Shown: positions 30,170-40,840 of the stretch, piece by piece
How positions within the stretch are numbered: position 1 is the stretch's first letter
How the letters are laid out: each line of letters starts with the position of its first letter
Assembly (NCBI GenBank): GCA_963695875.1
Contig: CAVOID010000015.1
Location: forward strand, 14,291 to 78,290
DNA length: 64,000 nt
Source: an uncultured delta proteobacterium
GTDB lineage: Bacteria > Desulfobacterota > Syntrophia > Syntrophales > UBA2185
Direction: 5' to 3'
Notes under the pieces: generated by a model
What the model saw: only the letters and a program-made list of their open reading frames with translations
Told to the model about the DNA's origin: nothing
Database searches by the model: none
Position numbers and translations under genes: made by a program

Positions 30170-31474
30170 ATGGACTGGCTTCTACATCTCCCCGCATATA
30201 TTAAAGTAGGTGGTTCCTTCCTGGGAATTTTGATGCTGAACTATTTTGGTCTGCCCCTGGGTCTGGCTATTCTCCTTTTTTCTATTCTTCTTCCCTTGTG
30301 GGCCGGCACAGGTATGAACGGTCTTTACTACCAGATTGAAAGTTTTTCCCAGCCCCAGAATTATATACTACCCGTGATCATTCTCCTGCTTCTTTTTTTT
30401 ACCGAATCGCTGAGCAAAACGGGCCGGATGGAACGCACGATCGGGGCGCTGAAAGAATGGCTGAAGAGCAAGCATATTATCTTGGCTGGACTACCCGCAC
30501 TGGTGGGACTACTTCCTATGCCCGCCGGCGCCCTGTTTTCGGCACCCTTTGTGGCCTCCGTTGATGAAAAAAAAGAACTCGAACTGTCTCACAAAGTCGC
30601 CATCAATTACTGGTTCCGTCATATCTGGGAATACTGGTGGCCCCTTTACCCCGGTGTAATTCTTGCCATGCAGTACTCGAGACTTCCGGTAATTACCTTT
30701 TTTTTAATACAGATTCCTTTTACCCTCGCAGCAGTGCTTGGAGGGTATATCTTCATTCTGCGGAGGGTTAAAGGCGAAGATGAGCAGAACCGTGGTTATG
30801 GAAAAATGGACATCGGTGAAGTCTTCTCGGCAATGGGACCTATCGGACTCCTCGTCACTTTATCGATCCTGGGATCGGCAGTACTGCCCCTTTGGGGCAT
30901 CGAGGGTACACTTGCCAATTTGATAGCCATGCTGATCGGCCTTATCATTGCCCTTGGGTCCATTTTCTCCGGCCACGCTGCGGCATTCAGGCCGTCACTC
31001 CGCATGCTTAAACGTATGGATACCTGGCTCATGATAGCCCTTGTCGTGGGAATACAAGCCTTTTCCGCAGCCCTGCTGTGTCCGTTCAATGCTGGCGGTG
31101 ACACATTAATCACAGGGATGCGCGATGAATTCATCAGAACAGGCATTCCTTTGATCACGGTAATCATGCTTATCCCCTTCATCTCCGGCATGGTGACGGG
31201 AGTTGCTTTCGGCTTTGTCGGCGCCAGTTTCCCGATCGTATTTGCCCTCGTTGGACCGGAACCGTCTCCTGCGCTGTCCGCGGCAACTACGGCCTTTGCC
31301 TATTCATTCGGCTACATGGGAATGATGCTTTCTCCTATGCATGCCTGCTTCGTCGTTACTGCTGAATATTTCTGTACAACTGTTTTTGGCGCTTATCGTT
31401 ATATTATCGGGCCGGTAGTCATCATTCTGCTCACAGCGATTGTCCTGTCAGGCATCTATTATATTACATTCTGA
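30170..31474 (+). CDS. Polytopic membrane protein, putative permease (possibly DUF401-like)
   Basis: 434 aa with about 10-12 hydrophobic segments. The family assignment is from memory only. Confidence 0.55.
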   Translation: MDWLLHLPAYIKVGGSFLGILMLNYFGLPLGLAILLFSILLPLWAGTGMNGLYYQIESFSQPQNYILPVIILLLLFFTESLSKTGRMERTIGALKEWLKSKHIILAGLPALVGLLPMPAGALFSAPFVASVDEKKELELSHKVAINYWFRHIWEYWWPLYPGVILAMQYSRLPVITFFLIQIPFTLAAVLGGYIFILRRVKGEDEQNRGYGKMDIGEVFSAMGPIGLLVTLSILGSAVLPLWGIEGTLANLIAMLIGLIIALGSIFSGHAAAFRPSLRMLKRMDTWLMIALVVGIQAFSAALLCPFNAGGDTLITGMRDEFIRTGIPLITVIMLIPFISGMVTGVAFGFVGASFPIVFALVGPEPSPALSAATTAFAYSFGYMGMMLSPMHACFVVTAEYFCTTVFGAYRYIIGPVVIILLTAIVLSGIYYITF

Positions 31475-31638
31475 CAGAGTGGATTTGTGAACCCTTTCAT
31501 CTATCATAACGTGCAGCATCCTGTTTGGAGGAAGGACCACCTTTTCTGAAGTTTGGATGAATATTTCTCTTCCTGATCCTAGAAATTGCACCCCCGTCAT
31601 TGATGGGAGATTACGATCAACAACCCGATCCAATCAAA

Positions 31639-31668
31639 TAAAAAAAGGCAGGGTCTCTCGGCCCTGCC
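31639..31668 (-). terminator. Rho-independent terminator-like hairpin (minus-strand reading GGCAGGG-loop-CCCTGCC-TTTTTTT)
   Basis: 7-bp GC stem at 31647-31653/31662-31668, flanked by an A7 run on the plus strand, which is U7 on the minus strand. Located between convergent genes. Confidence 0.5.
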
Positions 31669-32006
31669 TTGAACTATCGTGGTTTACGTCCCCTATAGCT
31701 ATTTACTCTTCATATCTGCTCAACTTATAGGAGGAGTACATGCACCAGAAGGAGGTGTATAAGGTTTTCGAGCGCCAGTCTTTTTCCTTGATTCTTTAAT
31801 CTCATCCATTGTCATGCCTCTGCGGGGGATAACTAACTTCTGGCCCCGACAGATCAGATTCTAATTCTGATTCTTAATTTTATCTTTGGTTGCCTCGTAA
31901 ATAACCGGCCACAGGAATGGATCTCTATAAATACTTTCAGCTTGCTTATCTGCCCTGGACAATCTCTCTTCTTAGCCACATGCGACCACATCATTGACTT
32001 GTCTCC

Positions 32007-32558
32007 CTATTTTTGGGGCGTCACGACAAAATGGTCTCTCCTGTTTTTTGCCCAAGCTTCTTCGTTGTGTCCCGGATCCAGGGGTCTTTCCTTACCATAA
32101 CTTATCGTTTTTAACCTTTTCCCATCAATCCCAAGTTCAACAAGATATTTCATGGCTTCCTTAGCGCGTCTTTCGCCAAGCGCAAGGTTGTACTCAGTCG
32201 TTCCTCTTTCATCACAGTTCCCTTCAATGAGCGCATCATAATTTTTGTTTTTCGTGAGCCAGCCTGCGAGCTGTTTAACAATGTCCCTGGCTTCAGGCCT
32301 GAGACTGAATTTATCGAACTCAAAATAAATATCTTTAAATGCGATTCCCTCTTTTGCGGAAGCGGCCGTCTCCTGCGTTGCTTCTGCCTCAGCACCTTTT
32401 CCTTTTTCAGTTACGGTGCCGGCACCCGCTGTTGATTCCTTCTGGACAGCCGATTCCTCCCCCTTCACAACAGCTTTCTGTGTACATCCAATAGTAAATA
32501 ATGACAAAAGCCAAAGTATGGAAATAATCCAAACCACTAATTTCGGACGCCTTTTCAT
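32007..32558 (-). CDS. pal: Peptidoglycan-associated lipoprotein (OmpA-family C-terminal domain)
   Basis: Lipobox LFTIGC. OmpA-like region reads IYFEFDKFSLRPEARDIVKQLAGWL...IEGNCDERGTTEYNLALGERRAKEAMKYLVELGI. Confidence 0.85.
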   Translation of the reverse strand: MKRRPKLVVWIISILWLLSLFTIGCTQKAVVKGEESAVQKESTAGAGTVTEKGKGAEAEATQETAASAKEGIAFKDIYFEFDKFSLRPEARDIVKQLAGWLTKNKNYDALIEGNCDERGTTEYNLALGERRAKEAMKYLVELGIDGKRLKTISYGKERPLDPGHNEEAWAKNRRDHFVVTPQK

Positions 32559-32699
32559 CTTAACCCTCCTCTCATAAGATTATTTCAACATACAATATTT
32601 GATAATTTGCAATTTGTCAATTGATTTTTACACAAATTATTTGTATAGAAACGTAAAATGCATTAGAATAAATGCAGATGATTATAGAAAGGATCAGAT

Positions 32700-33200
32700 A
32701 TGCCCCAAAAAGCAAAAGTGGTATCGGACATTATAAACAATATTCGCAGGGTTTTTAAAGTTGTGAACGAGCAGTCAAAGAAAGCAAAAAGGGTTACAGG
32801 CATCACAGGGCCTCAACTTTGGGCAATCAAGATTATAGGAGACTTGTCGCCAGTTAGGGTCTCTGACCTGGCAAGCCGCATGTATATACATCCTGCTACG
32901 GTGGTCGGCATACTCGATCGCCTTGAATCAAAAGGGCTTGTAAAGAGGGTGAGGTCCAGAGATGACAAGAGGGTTGTAACGGTTGAACTGACGGATGTTG
33001 GCAAGAAACTCGTTAGAAAAGCGCCGGAAGTTGCTCAAGGGTTATTAGTTGCCGGTCTCGAGGTACTAACTCTTAAAAAGCTGCAAAGTATAGCTCAAGG
33101 GTTAGATGAACTCGTGCACATTCTGGGAGCCCAAGAATTACCACCGCGATTGATTCTTCTGCCTGAGGTGAATCGGCCTAAAAAGCGAAAAAAGGAATAA
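32700..33200 (+). CDS. MarR-family transcriptional regulator
   Basis: Winged HTH reads VSDLASRMYIHPATVVGILDRLESKGLVKRVRSRDDKRVVTVELTDVGKKL. Confidence 0.85.
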   Translation: MPQKAKVVSDIINNIRRVFKVVNEQSKKAKRVTGITGPQLWAIKIIGDLSPVRVSDLASRMYIHPATVVGILDRLESKGLVKRVRSRDDKRVVTVELTDVGKKLVRKAPEVAQGLLVAGLEVLTLKKLQSIAQGLDELVHILGAQELPPRLILLPEVNRPKKRKKE

Positions 33201-33672
33201 GATGGCACACATCACAAAAGATTCCAAGATACCTGCAATGCTCCATTTCCATCCACTATTTCCACCTTATTAAATATATCCGGGGTAACACTTTGTGAAA
33301 GAGACCATGTTTAGCATCAGGCCGGTGATCCTCAATCCAATGAAGTGAAAAATCCCGAATTTCCCCTGTAGTCATTCTTGGGCATAATGATGCCTCCATC
33401 ATCTTCATTACAAATTTTGTCCGAGAAGGTTTTTCTTTTTTGCTGATATTACTAATTTTTTTATTTCTTTTGCCGATATAAGACACAGATGCTTATATCC
33501 GTTGTGCCAGGTCTTGTTGGAAGAATTCTTTGCCTTTGACACTGGTATCAATCTTGCCTCTTTTCATCTTTCCATGAAGGAATGGAGAAAAGATTTCCCA
33601 GATTGTATTGGTTGAGGAATTGCCGGAAAAATGAGCCACGTAGCGATCAGACTTTTAAAAAGAGGCGGAGAA

Positions 33673-33828
33673 ATGGTCCACCGTTTTCAAGACTATATTA
33701 AAACCAGGCCATGGAATGATAACATGGATGATATTGAAGATGTCATCAAACCCTTTATGTGGGTAGTAATCGCCTTCACTTTTGTTTTTATCATCCTTCA
33801 GGTAGTTGTCTCGATCCTTCTGATGTAA
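33673..33828 (+). CDS. Small membrane protein, unknown function
   Basis: SD GAGGCGGAG before ATG 33673. C-terminal TM helix FMWVVIAFTFVFIILQVVVSILLM. Confidence 0.3.
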   Translation: MVHRFQDYIKTRPWNDNMDDIEDVIKPFMWVVIAFTFVFIILQVVVSILLM

Positions 33829-34007
33829 CTTTACAGCTAACAGTTCTTTCTATTAAATTTCCCGTCACATGCCATGAAAAAGATTCTCATCACCGCTGCT
33901 AACGTCTTCATTGGGTTCCATCAACCGGCGCGTTACCCGATTATTAATCATAAAATTATGGGTGCGAAATGCCCGGCTGCTAATTCTTGCCTTTCAAATG
34001 CCGCGAC

Positions 34008-35102
34008 TTAGTCCCCGAAAGAGATCCCAATTTCCCGAGCCGTCTTAATTTTATCACTATCAATGGGAACATTTTTTATGCGTCCGATTATCTTCTCAAG
34101 GGGCACTGCTTTTATATGCGGCGGATCAAGGGCCACCATGGTACCGAACTTTTGCTCCCCAATACTGCGAACGGCCGCCGCACCGAAACGGAGGGCTACC
34201 AGCCGATCAAATGTTGTAGGAGGACCGCCGCGCTGTAAATGGCCAAGAACCAGGGACCGTGTCTCTTTACCCGTACGTGCCGCAATCTCCTTTGCTAAAT
34301 ACTCCCCTATACCACCCAGAACGACATCCTGCCGGCCAATTTCTCCCTTGCCTTTGTCCATTGTACGACCGCCGGCAGGGGATGCCCCTTCTGCAACGAC
34401 AACAATTGAGTAATGTTGGCCGCGAACATCGTAGTCCATTATGTGATCGCAGACCTTATCAATATGAAATGGTATCTCCGGAATGAGAATAACATCCGCT
34501 GATCCGGATAAGCCACTATTCAACGCAATCCACCCTGAATGACGCCCCATAACCTCTACAACCATTACCCGTTCATGTGACTTGGCTGTGGAATGAAGAC
34601 GGTCAATGGCCTCTGTAGCTATACTTACGGCAGTGTCAAAACCGAAGGTGATTACTGTCTCACAGATATCATTATCTATGGTCTTGGGCACACCAACGAC
34701 AGGTATTCCTTTCTTAAATAAATCATAAGCAATACCTAAGCTGCCATCACCGCCTACCGCTACCAGGCAATCAAAACGAAGGCGTTTAAAATTTTCGATG
34801 ACTTTATCCGATACATCACGTATTTCAACCTCACCGGCCATATTTGTTACCGGCATTTGAAATGGATTGCCCCGGTTTGTTGTCCCCAGGATCGTCCCCC
34901 CGGTGTTGGAAATGTGACTTACTATTTCAGGAGTCAAACGGATAACTTCATCAGTATTCAGGAGACCGGTGTAACTATTCTTGATACCATATACTTCCCA
35001 ACCTCTGTTGTAGGCCGCCATGACAACAGCTTCAATAACTGCATTAAGTCCGGGTGCATCGCCTCCCCCGGTATTTATGGCAATTCTCATCTTCTTTTCC
35101 AT
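34008..35102 (-). CDS. pfkA: ATP-dependent 6-phosphofructokinase
   Basis: Motifs MRIAINTGGGDAPGLNAVI, AVGGDGSLG, VGVPKTIDND and MGRHSGWIAL. Confidence 0.9.
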   Translation of the reverse strand: MEKKMRIAINTGGGDAPGLNAVIEAVVMAAYNRGWEVYGIKNSYTGLLNTDEVIRLTPEIVSHISNTGGTILGTTNRGNPFQMPVTNMAGEVEIRDVSDKVIENFKRLRFDCLVAVGGDGSLGIAYDLFKKGIPVVGVPKTIDNDICETVITFGFDTAVSIATEAIDRLHSTAKSHERVMVVEVMGRHSGWIALNSGLSGSADVILIPEIPFHIDKVCDHIMDYDVRGQHYSIVVVAEGASPAGGRTMDKGKGEIGRQDVVLGGIGEYLAKEIAARTGKETRSLVLGHLQRGGPPTTFDRLVALRFGAAAVRSIGEQKFGTMVALDPPHIKAVPLEKIIGRIKNVPIDSDKIKTAREIGISFGD

Positions 35103-35320
35103 TATGCCCCCTTTTAGACACTATGTTTTGTATTTTATTAGCAAATATTGTACCATACTATGTTCCCTGAGATCATACAAAAAGGCCGGCTAATAAGAAT
35201 ATGAGGGATCAAATTTGCTATTGTACTATCAAACAGCATACAATTCCTCCCTGATCCCAATGGTTAAGTTGCAATTTCGGACAAATACTATTATAAACAG
35301 GCCACCAAATTGGAGAGCAT

Positions 35321-36547
35321 ATGGAAAAGCCTGTCCTAAGAAGGGACATTCAACCTGTCGCCACAACAGTTAAAGGTCGTCAAATGATCGTCTTTCATGA
35401 TCCTTACCATTTGACCGACCATAGCATCGCTATCGATAAGAAGGCCCTTCCCATCCTGCAGTTGCTTGACGGGACGCATGACCTCAGAGATATTCAAATG
35501 ATAATGATGAAACAGCAGGGTGGCAGCATTGTTTACATCTCTGAAATCGAATCTTTTATTGAAATGCTTGACAGTGCCTGTCTTTTAAACAGCGAATTCT
35601 TTAACAATAGAATGAGCAGGCTTCGATACGAATTCGGCAGCCGGCAAAATCGTCTCCCTGCACATGCCGGAAAATCCTATGCGGCAGAGCCTGGTCAGTT
35701 TGCCCAGTTCATACATGACGTTGAAAACAATCTCAACCAAGATAATTTACGATATACAAGGGATAATATTACCGGCATCCTCGCTCCACATATAGATATC
35801 AAGGTTGCCAAGGAAACCTATATTAACTCTTACCGCTGTTTAAAGGGCAGGAATTATGATCTCGTCGTTATTTTCGGAATCAACCACCACGAACAGGAAG
35901 GGCTTTATTGTGTTTCAGAAAAGAATTATGTGACACCTTTCGGGGAAATCAAATCCGACAGAAATTTCATTTCAGGATTAAAGAGCAATTTACCCGAGGG
36001 AACGTTTGCAGCAGATGATTTTGGCCATATGATGGAACATTCCATCGAATTTCAAACCATTTTTTTGCACCATTATCTGCAGGGACCGTTTTCAATAGCA
36101 GCGATTCTGTGTGGGGGCGTTCATGAGTTTATCTACCAAAAGAAAAATATCCTCGCCGATGAGAGATTCCGGGGGATGGTAGATGCGATGAAGAAATTAA
36201 TGCAAAAGGGAAACAACCGTACCCTTATTGTGGCAGGTGTCGACCTCTCCCATATTGGAATCAAATTTGGAGACCAATTGCCGGCGGATGCCATTCTGCC
36301 TCAGGCGACATCTAATGATAAAACGATATTGTCTTTCCTTGCGCGGGGAGAACCGGAAAATATTTTCCAAAACGCAGTCGAAACCCAGGACAGATACCAT
36401 GTCTGCGGTCTTCCTGCCATCCTGCTTTTTGCCAGCCTGTTTGCAGAAAGCCGCGCAGACATTCTTCATTTTGACACTTATAATGAGCGAGAAACACACA
36501 GTGCCGTAAACTATGCATCCTTGATTTTCTTCTCCAAATCGGAATAA
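35321..36547 (+). CDS. MEMO1 / AmmeMemoRadiSam-system protein B family protein with N-terminal extension
   Basis: Motifs GILAPHIDIKVA, GHMMEHSIEFQTIFLHH and VAGVDLSHIG. Confidence 0.65.
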   Translation: MEKPVLRRDIQPVATTVKGRQMIVFHDPYHLTDHSIAIDKKALPILQLLDGTHDLRDIQMIMMKQQGGSIVYISEIESFIEMLDSACLLNSEFFNNRMSRLRYEFGSRQNRLPAHAGKSYAAEPGQFAQFIHDVENNLNQDNLRYTRDNITGILAPHIDIKVAKETYINSYRCLKGRNYDLVVIFGINHHEQEGLYCVSEKNYVTPFGEIKSDRNFISGLKSNLPEGTFAADDFGHMMEHSIEFQTIFLHHYLQGPFSIAAILCGGVHEFIYQKKNILADERFRGMVDAMKKLMQKGNNRTLIVAGVDLSHIGIKFGDQLPADAILPQATSNDKTILSFLARGEPENIFQNAVETQDRYHVCGLPAILLFASLFAESRADILHFDTYNERETHSAVNYASLIFFSKSE

Positions 36548-36692
36548 AGCCGGTAAAGGAGCATTTAACACTTACCCCAATCCTATATATTTACATTCTT
36601 ACCCATATAGCCCAAATTGATGAATGTGATTGACATAATTGTATATTTAAAGTACTTTGAAAAGAATATTCGACATTAGGAGGAACAAAAGG

Positions 36693-37163
36693 ATGGCTGC
36701 TAATAAATTGCGTGTTTTAATACCAGCGGTGTCCTTGATGCTGGTAATGGCTGCATGGATTACTATATCGGGAGAAGTATACGGAGGCACACTTTACCAA
36801 TATATAGATAAGGACGGCTCCACCGTAATTACCGACAACCCCCCGGAGGGAGTCCAAGCCGAACCTCTGATGTCATTGCCCGATATGACAGAAGAACAAA
36901 AGGCAGAGACTGAAAAAGAGGATGACGCAAAAATTCAAAAAAATCAGCAGGCTGATATAAAAAGGCTGGAGAAGGATGAAAAAATCAAAACTGCCAGAGA
37001 AGAATTGGAGAGGGCAAAAAATGATGCAGACCTCTACAGATCGAATATGAACCAATCTGCCAATTATTCGCAAAGGCATCACTGGCGGGTTATGTTAGAC
37101 GAACAACAAAAAGTGATTGAGGAAAAGCAGAAATTGATTGATGAACTTGAAGCACAACCATGA
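36693..37163 (+). CDS. DUF4124-domain protein with charged coiled-coil tail
   Basis: SD AGGAGG, a signal/anchor segment, and TLYQYIDKDGSTVITDNPP. Confidence 0.6.
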   Translation: MAANKLRVLIPAVSLMLVMAAWITISGEVYGGTLYQYIDKDGSTVITDNPPEGVQAEPLMSLPDMTEEQKAETEKEDDAKIQKNQQADIKRLEKDEKIKTAREELERAKNDADLYRSNMNQSANYSQRHHWRVMLDEQQKVIEEKQKLIDELEAQP

Positions 37164-37181
37164 CATAGATAGTTGTTCAAC

Positions 37182-38006
37182 ATGGTTGAAAAAAGACACT
37201 TATCACAACGCAGTTTCTATATCCATGCCGCCCGCCATCGCCTCTTTGCTCAATTCATCGATTCAGATTCTGAGGATCCCAAAAAGAGTCCAACAACCTT
37301 AGTCTTTCTGCATGAAGGACTCGGCAGTATCGCTCAGTGGCGTGATTTCCCTGCTTGCCTGAGCGCGATGACCGGATTACCCACATTGGTATATGAGCGA
37401 TGGGGATACGGAAGCTCTGACACCCTAAATGTCCCAAGAACCATGGGCTACCTTCATGATGAGGCTTTGATAAGCCTCCCCGAGGTGTTGGAGCAGGTAA
37501 ATATCAATGATGCCATTCTGATCGGTCACAGCGACGGCGGCTCTATCGCCCTTATTTTTTCGGCCATTCATGGAGACAAGGTTCGCGGAGTTATCACAGA
37601 AGCGGCACACGTCTTTGTTGAAGATGTAACAATAGCCGGTATACGCCAGGCCTTCGAGCTGTACGGGACAACCGATCTCAAGGATCGTCTGCATAAATTT
37701 CACAAGAATAACACTGATCTGATGTTTCGCTCCTGGGCCGACACGTGGCTTGCCCCATGGTTTCGCAATTGGAATATTGAAGAATACCTTTCACGAATTA
37801 CCTGTCCTCTCCTCGTGATCCAGGGGGAAGACGACGAATACGGAACAAGTGCACAGGTAGAATCGATCATATCGCAGGCAGGAGGTCCGGCGGAGGGCGT
37901 CATCGTATCAAACTGCGGGCATGTTCCGCATCACCAAGCCCGTGAGCGTGTGCTCGATAGAATGGCCCGTTTCATCAGTTCTCTTGCTCATTCGAAGCAA
38001 ATCTAA
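37182..38006 (+). CDS. Alpha/beta-fold hydrolase
   Basis: Reads LVFLHEGLGS, nucleophile elbow GHSDGG, and C-terminal GHVPHH. Confidence 0.75.
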   Translation: MVEKRHLSQRSFYIHAARHRLFAQFIDSDSEDPKKSPTTLVFLHEGLGSIAQWRDFPACLSAMTGLPTLVYERWGYGSSDTLNVPRTMGYLHDEALISLPEVLEQVNINDAILIGHSDGGSIALIFSAIHGDKVRGVITEAAHVFVEDVTIAGIRQAFELYGTTDLKDRLHKFHKNNTDLMFRSWADTWLAPWFRNWNIEEYLSRITCPLLVIQGEDDEYGTSAQVESIISQAGGPAEGVIVSNCGHVPHHQARERVLDRMARFISSLAHSKQI

Positions 38007-39208
38007 TCATCTTTCAGAATACGAACCCCTATTCTTGTCTTGTCATAACAGTATGCCTCAAGCCCCGGCACGATCATGCGTACAGTCGGAATGCCTGTGT
38101 CCGGTCTTGTAAGATCTACCGCAATTACCCGAGCCAAGCCCCTTGCCCACAGTTTCGCAATCATAGTTCTGATATCCAGCAGTATGTCCTTACTGAAATC
38201 CACTTCAATATCTCGAAGTCCCTTCCGAGCATACGCATAGAACCTCGGATCATCGTCGCCTTCACGATCACCAAGATAGGCCGTTATGGGTTCGCATATT
38301 CCCTCGATACCGAATTTTTGGATCAACAAAGCCCTGGTGGTCACGATTTCGAGAAGTGAACGGATCATGGCGACGCGGGGATCAAGATGGGCGCCAAAAC
38401 CGTCTATAGGTTTCATTGTTGGATGAACCAAGTCGTGGGAAAAGGCGGCAATGACAGGAACTCCAATGTCCGAAGTTATGTCCTTAGCGACTATCTCAAT
38501 ACCGGCATGCTCGAATTTTTCGAAGATTTTAATTATGAACTGGTTGGCCGGCTCATCCTCGATAAACAGGGCATCGCTGTAACTACGTGTATACCGCACT
38601 ATGCTCCATGCGTCTCGCTCGATAACCTCGGCAAGACCGTGAACGACGGCCTCTTCAATGGTATTCCCCGCAGCAATGCCGTTTGTATGAGTATCCATAA
38701 GAAAGACATCGTCCAGATGGCAAGGATGGTAGACCGCGCAGGCGGGGACCAGGATATCTTCGTTGCGCGCCAAATCGCATCCCCAGACCCAGTGAATATC
38801 CCGATCATGGTTGTAATCGCTGTCGTTGGACAGAATCAGCTCGTGAGGATCAAGAATGTTGAACTTCTGTTTCAATTGGTTATAGCTGCCTTTGACCAGT
38901 TTATTCCTGTACTCGTCCATGAATTCTGACGAATAGCGCTCGATGGATTCCATCGTCAAAGACACCTGGGCCTGAATCTGAGATACTCCCTTGCCCGTAT
39001 GACTCGTTTTCGAATTGTCCGGTCTGATCCGGTGACAGGTAAAAACCGGAATCCCGATCCTGTCGAGATCCGATGCTTCCCTAAAGTCAATCATGCTGAC
39101 CAGGTGTCTAATGCTTTCGACAAAATGAAGTGTGGACTCCGGTGTCCTGGAGCGGTGTGTTTCCAGAATGTATACCTTGGGACATTCTCTTAGAATCATG
39201 CCTGGCAT
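38003..39208 (-). CDS. Stand-alone YcaO-family protein
   Basis: Reads LDRIGIPVFTCHRIRP...HTGKGVSQIQAQVSLTMESIERYSSEF and TNGIAAGNTIEEAVVHGLAEVIERDAWSI. Confidence 0.85.
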   Translation of the reverse strand: MPGMILRECPKVYILETHRSRTPESTLHFVESIRHLVSMIDFREASDLDRIGIPVFTCHRIRPDNSKTSHTGKGVSQIQAQVSLTMESIERYSSEFMDEYRNKLVKGSYNQLKQKFNILDPHELILSNDSDYNHDRDIHWVWGCDLARNEDILVPACAVYHPCHLDDVFLMDTHTNGIAAGNTIEEAVVHGLAEVIERDAWSIVRYTRSYSDALFIEDEPANQFIIKIFEKFEHAGIEIVAKDITSDIGVPVIAAFSHDLVHPTMKPIDGFGAHLDPRVAMIRSLLEIVTTRALLIQKFGIEGICEPITAYLGDREGDDDPRFYAYARKGLRDIEVDFSKDILLDIRTMIAKLWARGLARVIAVDLTRPDTGIPTVRMIVPGLEAYCYDKTRIGVRILKDD

Positions 39209-39440
39209 TTTTATACTCCTCCATTCATATTATTCTTGCCTGGAGTATAACACAATAGGACCATACTTCCAAATTCGTGAGAGAACTTTAAGAACTTGGA
39301 AAAGATCCTGGAACAATATGAAGGGTTGAAGAAACCCCTTCATATGATCTGCAGGCATATCAGTATTTAAACAATTTGTTTCCTTCAGTGAGTCTTGAGG
39401 ACTTACAACTTAAAAGAATGGGCAATTGCAGAAGTCTCTT

Positions 39441-40406
39441 TCAAATACATCCCTGCAGGTATTTTCGGGCAATCTCCTCGGCCAGTGTACAGGGATCTGA
39501 TTCCTTGTTGAGTAATTTTTCAATCATTCGATCGAGTTCCCCGGTGCTGACCAGGATTTTCAGCACCGGTTCAAGAATATTCGATCGGAGCGCCTCATTC
39601 AACTCATGCACTGTCTTTCTGCGGATGCGATCACCAATGAAATCATTCTTTACGAGGAAGTCATAGTGTTCATGAACCTTGTCGGATAGTTTTTCAATAT
39701 CCCCCTCAAATTCATCCGGCTTGAAAGAATTCCCAATCGTCACAATCGGTGGACGCCAGCCGCCAGGCGGTATGGGAGACATTTCAATCATGGCCATCAA
39801 CTCCCGCTGGAGCTTACCCGATCCCTCACGGTCAGACTTGTTGATAACAAATACGTCCGCAATTTCCATGATTCCCGCTTTGATCGCCTGGATCTCGTCT
39901 CCCATTCCCGGCACAAGGACAACAAGGACCGTATGAGCATAGTTGATGATCTCCACCTCCTGCTGCCCCGTACCAACAGTTTCCACAAGTACAAGATCTT
40001 TCCCCATGGCATCCATAACATGGATGGCATCACCAACCGCCTTTGAGAGCCCACCTAGGGATCCCCGGGTGGCAAGGCTCCTGATAAAGACACCGGGGTC
40101 TTCAGAGTGCCGCTGCATGCGGATCCTGTCGCCAAGTGTTGCTCCTCCCGTAAAGGGACTGGTAGGATCAACAGCAAGGACGCCGATCGTCTTTTCCTTC
40201 CTTCGGCATGTTTCAATCAGACCGTCAATTATAGTGCTCTTCCCCGCCCCCGGCGAGCCCGTAATACCCACCACCTGCGCTTTGCCCGTATAGGGGAAAA
40301 TGTGTTTGATCGTCGATTTTGCTCCAGGAATATTATCCTCTATATCTCTTATAAGGCGGGATGCAGCCCGGATGTCTCCCGCCTTAATCTTCTCATCTAT
40401 TTCCAT
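39441..40406 (-). CDS. meaB: Mutase-associated G3E GTPase (MeaB/ArgK)
   Basis: P-loop GITGSPGAGKSTIIDGL. ATG 40406 overlaps the upstream stop as TAATG; the ORF-track GTG 40445 is 13 codons upstream. Confidence 0.9.
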   Translation of the reverse strand: MEIDEKIKAGDIRAASRLIRDIEDNIPGAKSTIKHIFPYTGKAQVVGITGSPGAGKSTIIDGLIETCRRKEKTIGVLAVDPTSPFTGGATLGDRIRMQRHSEDPGVFIRSLATRGSLGGLSKAVGDAIHVMDAMGKDLVLVETVGTGQQEVEIINYAHTVLVVLVPGMGDEIQAIKAGIMEIADVFVINKSDREGSGKLQRELMAMIEMSPIPPGGWRPPIVTIGNSFKPDEFEGDIEKLSDKVHEHYDFLVKNDFIGDRIRRKTVHELNEALRSNILEPVLKILVSTGELDRMIEKLLNKESDPCTLAEEIARKYLQGCI

Positions 40407-40816
40407 TACATCCTTTCCGACGGCTTTACATTCTTGCTGACCCACTCTACGATCGAATCCAGGGTAGTACCTGGCACAAAGATCGCCTTGATACCGGCGT
40501 CTAAGAGCTTCTTAAAATCCTGCTCGGGAATGATACCACCTCCTATTACGGTAATGTCATCCGCTCCTTTTTCCTTCAATAAAGTGACTACCTGGGGGAA
40601 TAAATACCGGTGAGCTCCTGATAGACAACTCAAGCCGACAACATCAACGTCTTCCTGGATTGCAGAAGCCGCGATCTGCGCCGGTGTCTGATGGCATCCC
40701 GTGTAGATTACTTCAAATCCCGCATCCCGGAAACACCTGGCTAAAATTCTGGCTCCCCGATCATGACCGTCCAGCCCCGGCTTTGCCACCATTATACGAA
40801 TCTTTCTCTCAGCCAT
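40406..40816 (-). CDS. Acyl-CoA mutase small subunit (cobalamin-binding domain)
   Basis: B12-binding sequence RIMVAKPGLDGHDRGARILARCFRDAGFEVIYTG, with the DxHxxG signature. Confidence 0.9.
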   Translation of the reverse strand: MAERKIRIMVAKPGLDGHDRGARILARCFRDAGFEVIYTGCHQTPAQIAASAIQEDVDVVGLSCLSGAHRYLFPQVVTLLKEKGADDITVIGGGIIPEQDFKKLLDAGIKAIFVPGTTLDSIVEWVSKNVKPSERM

Positions 40817-40840
40817 CTCCTTCTCCTTCCTTATTTACTT

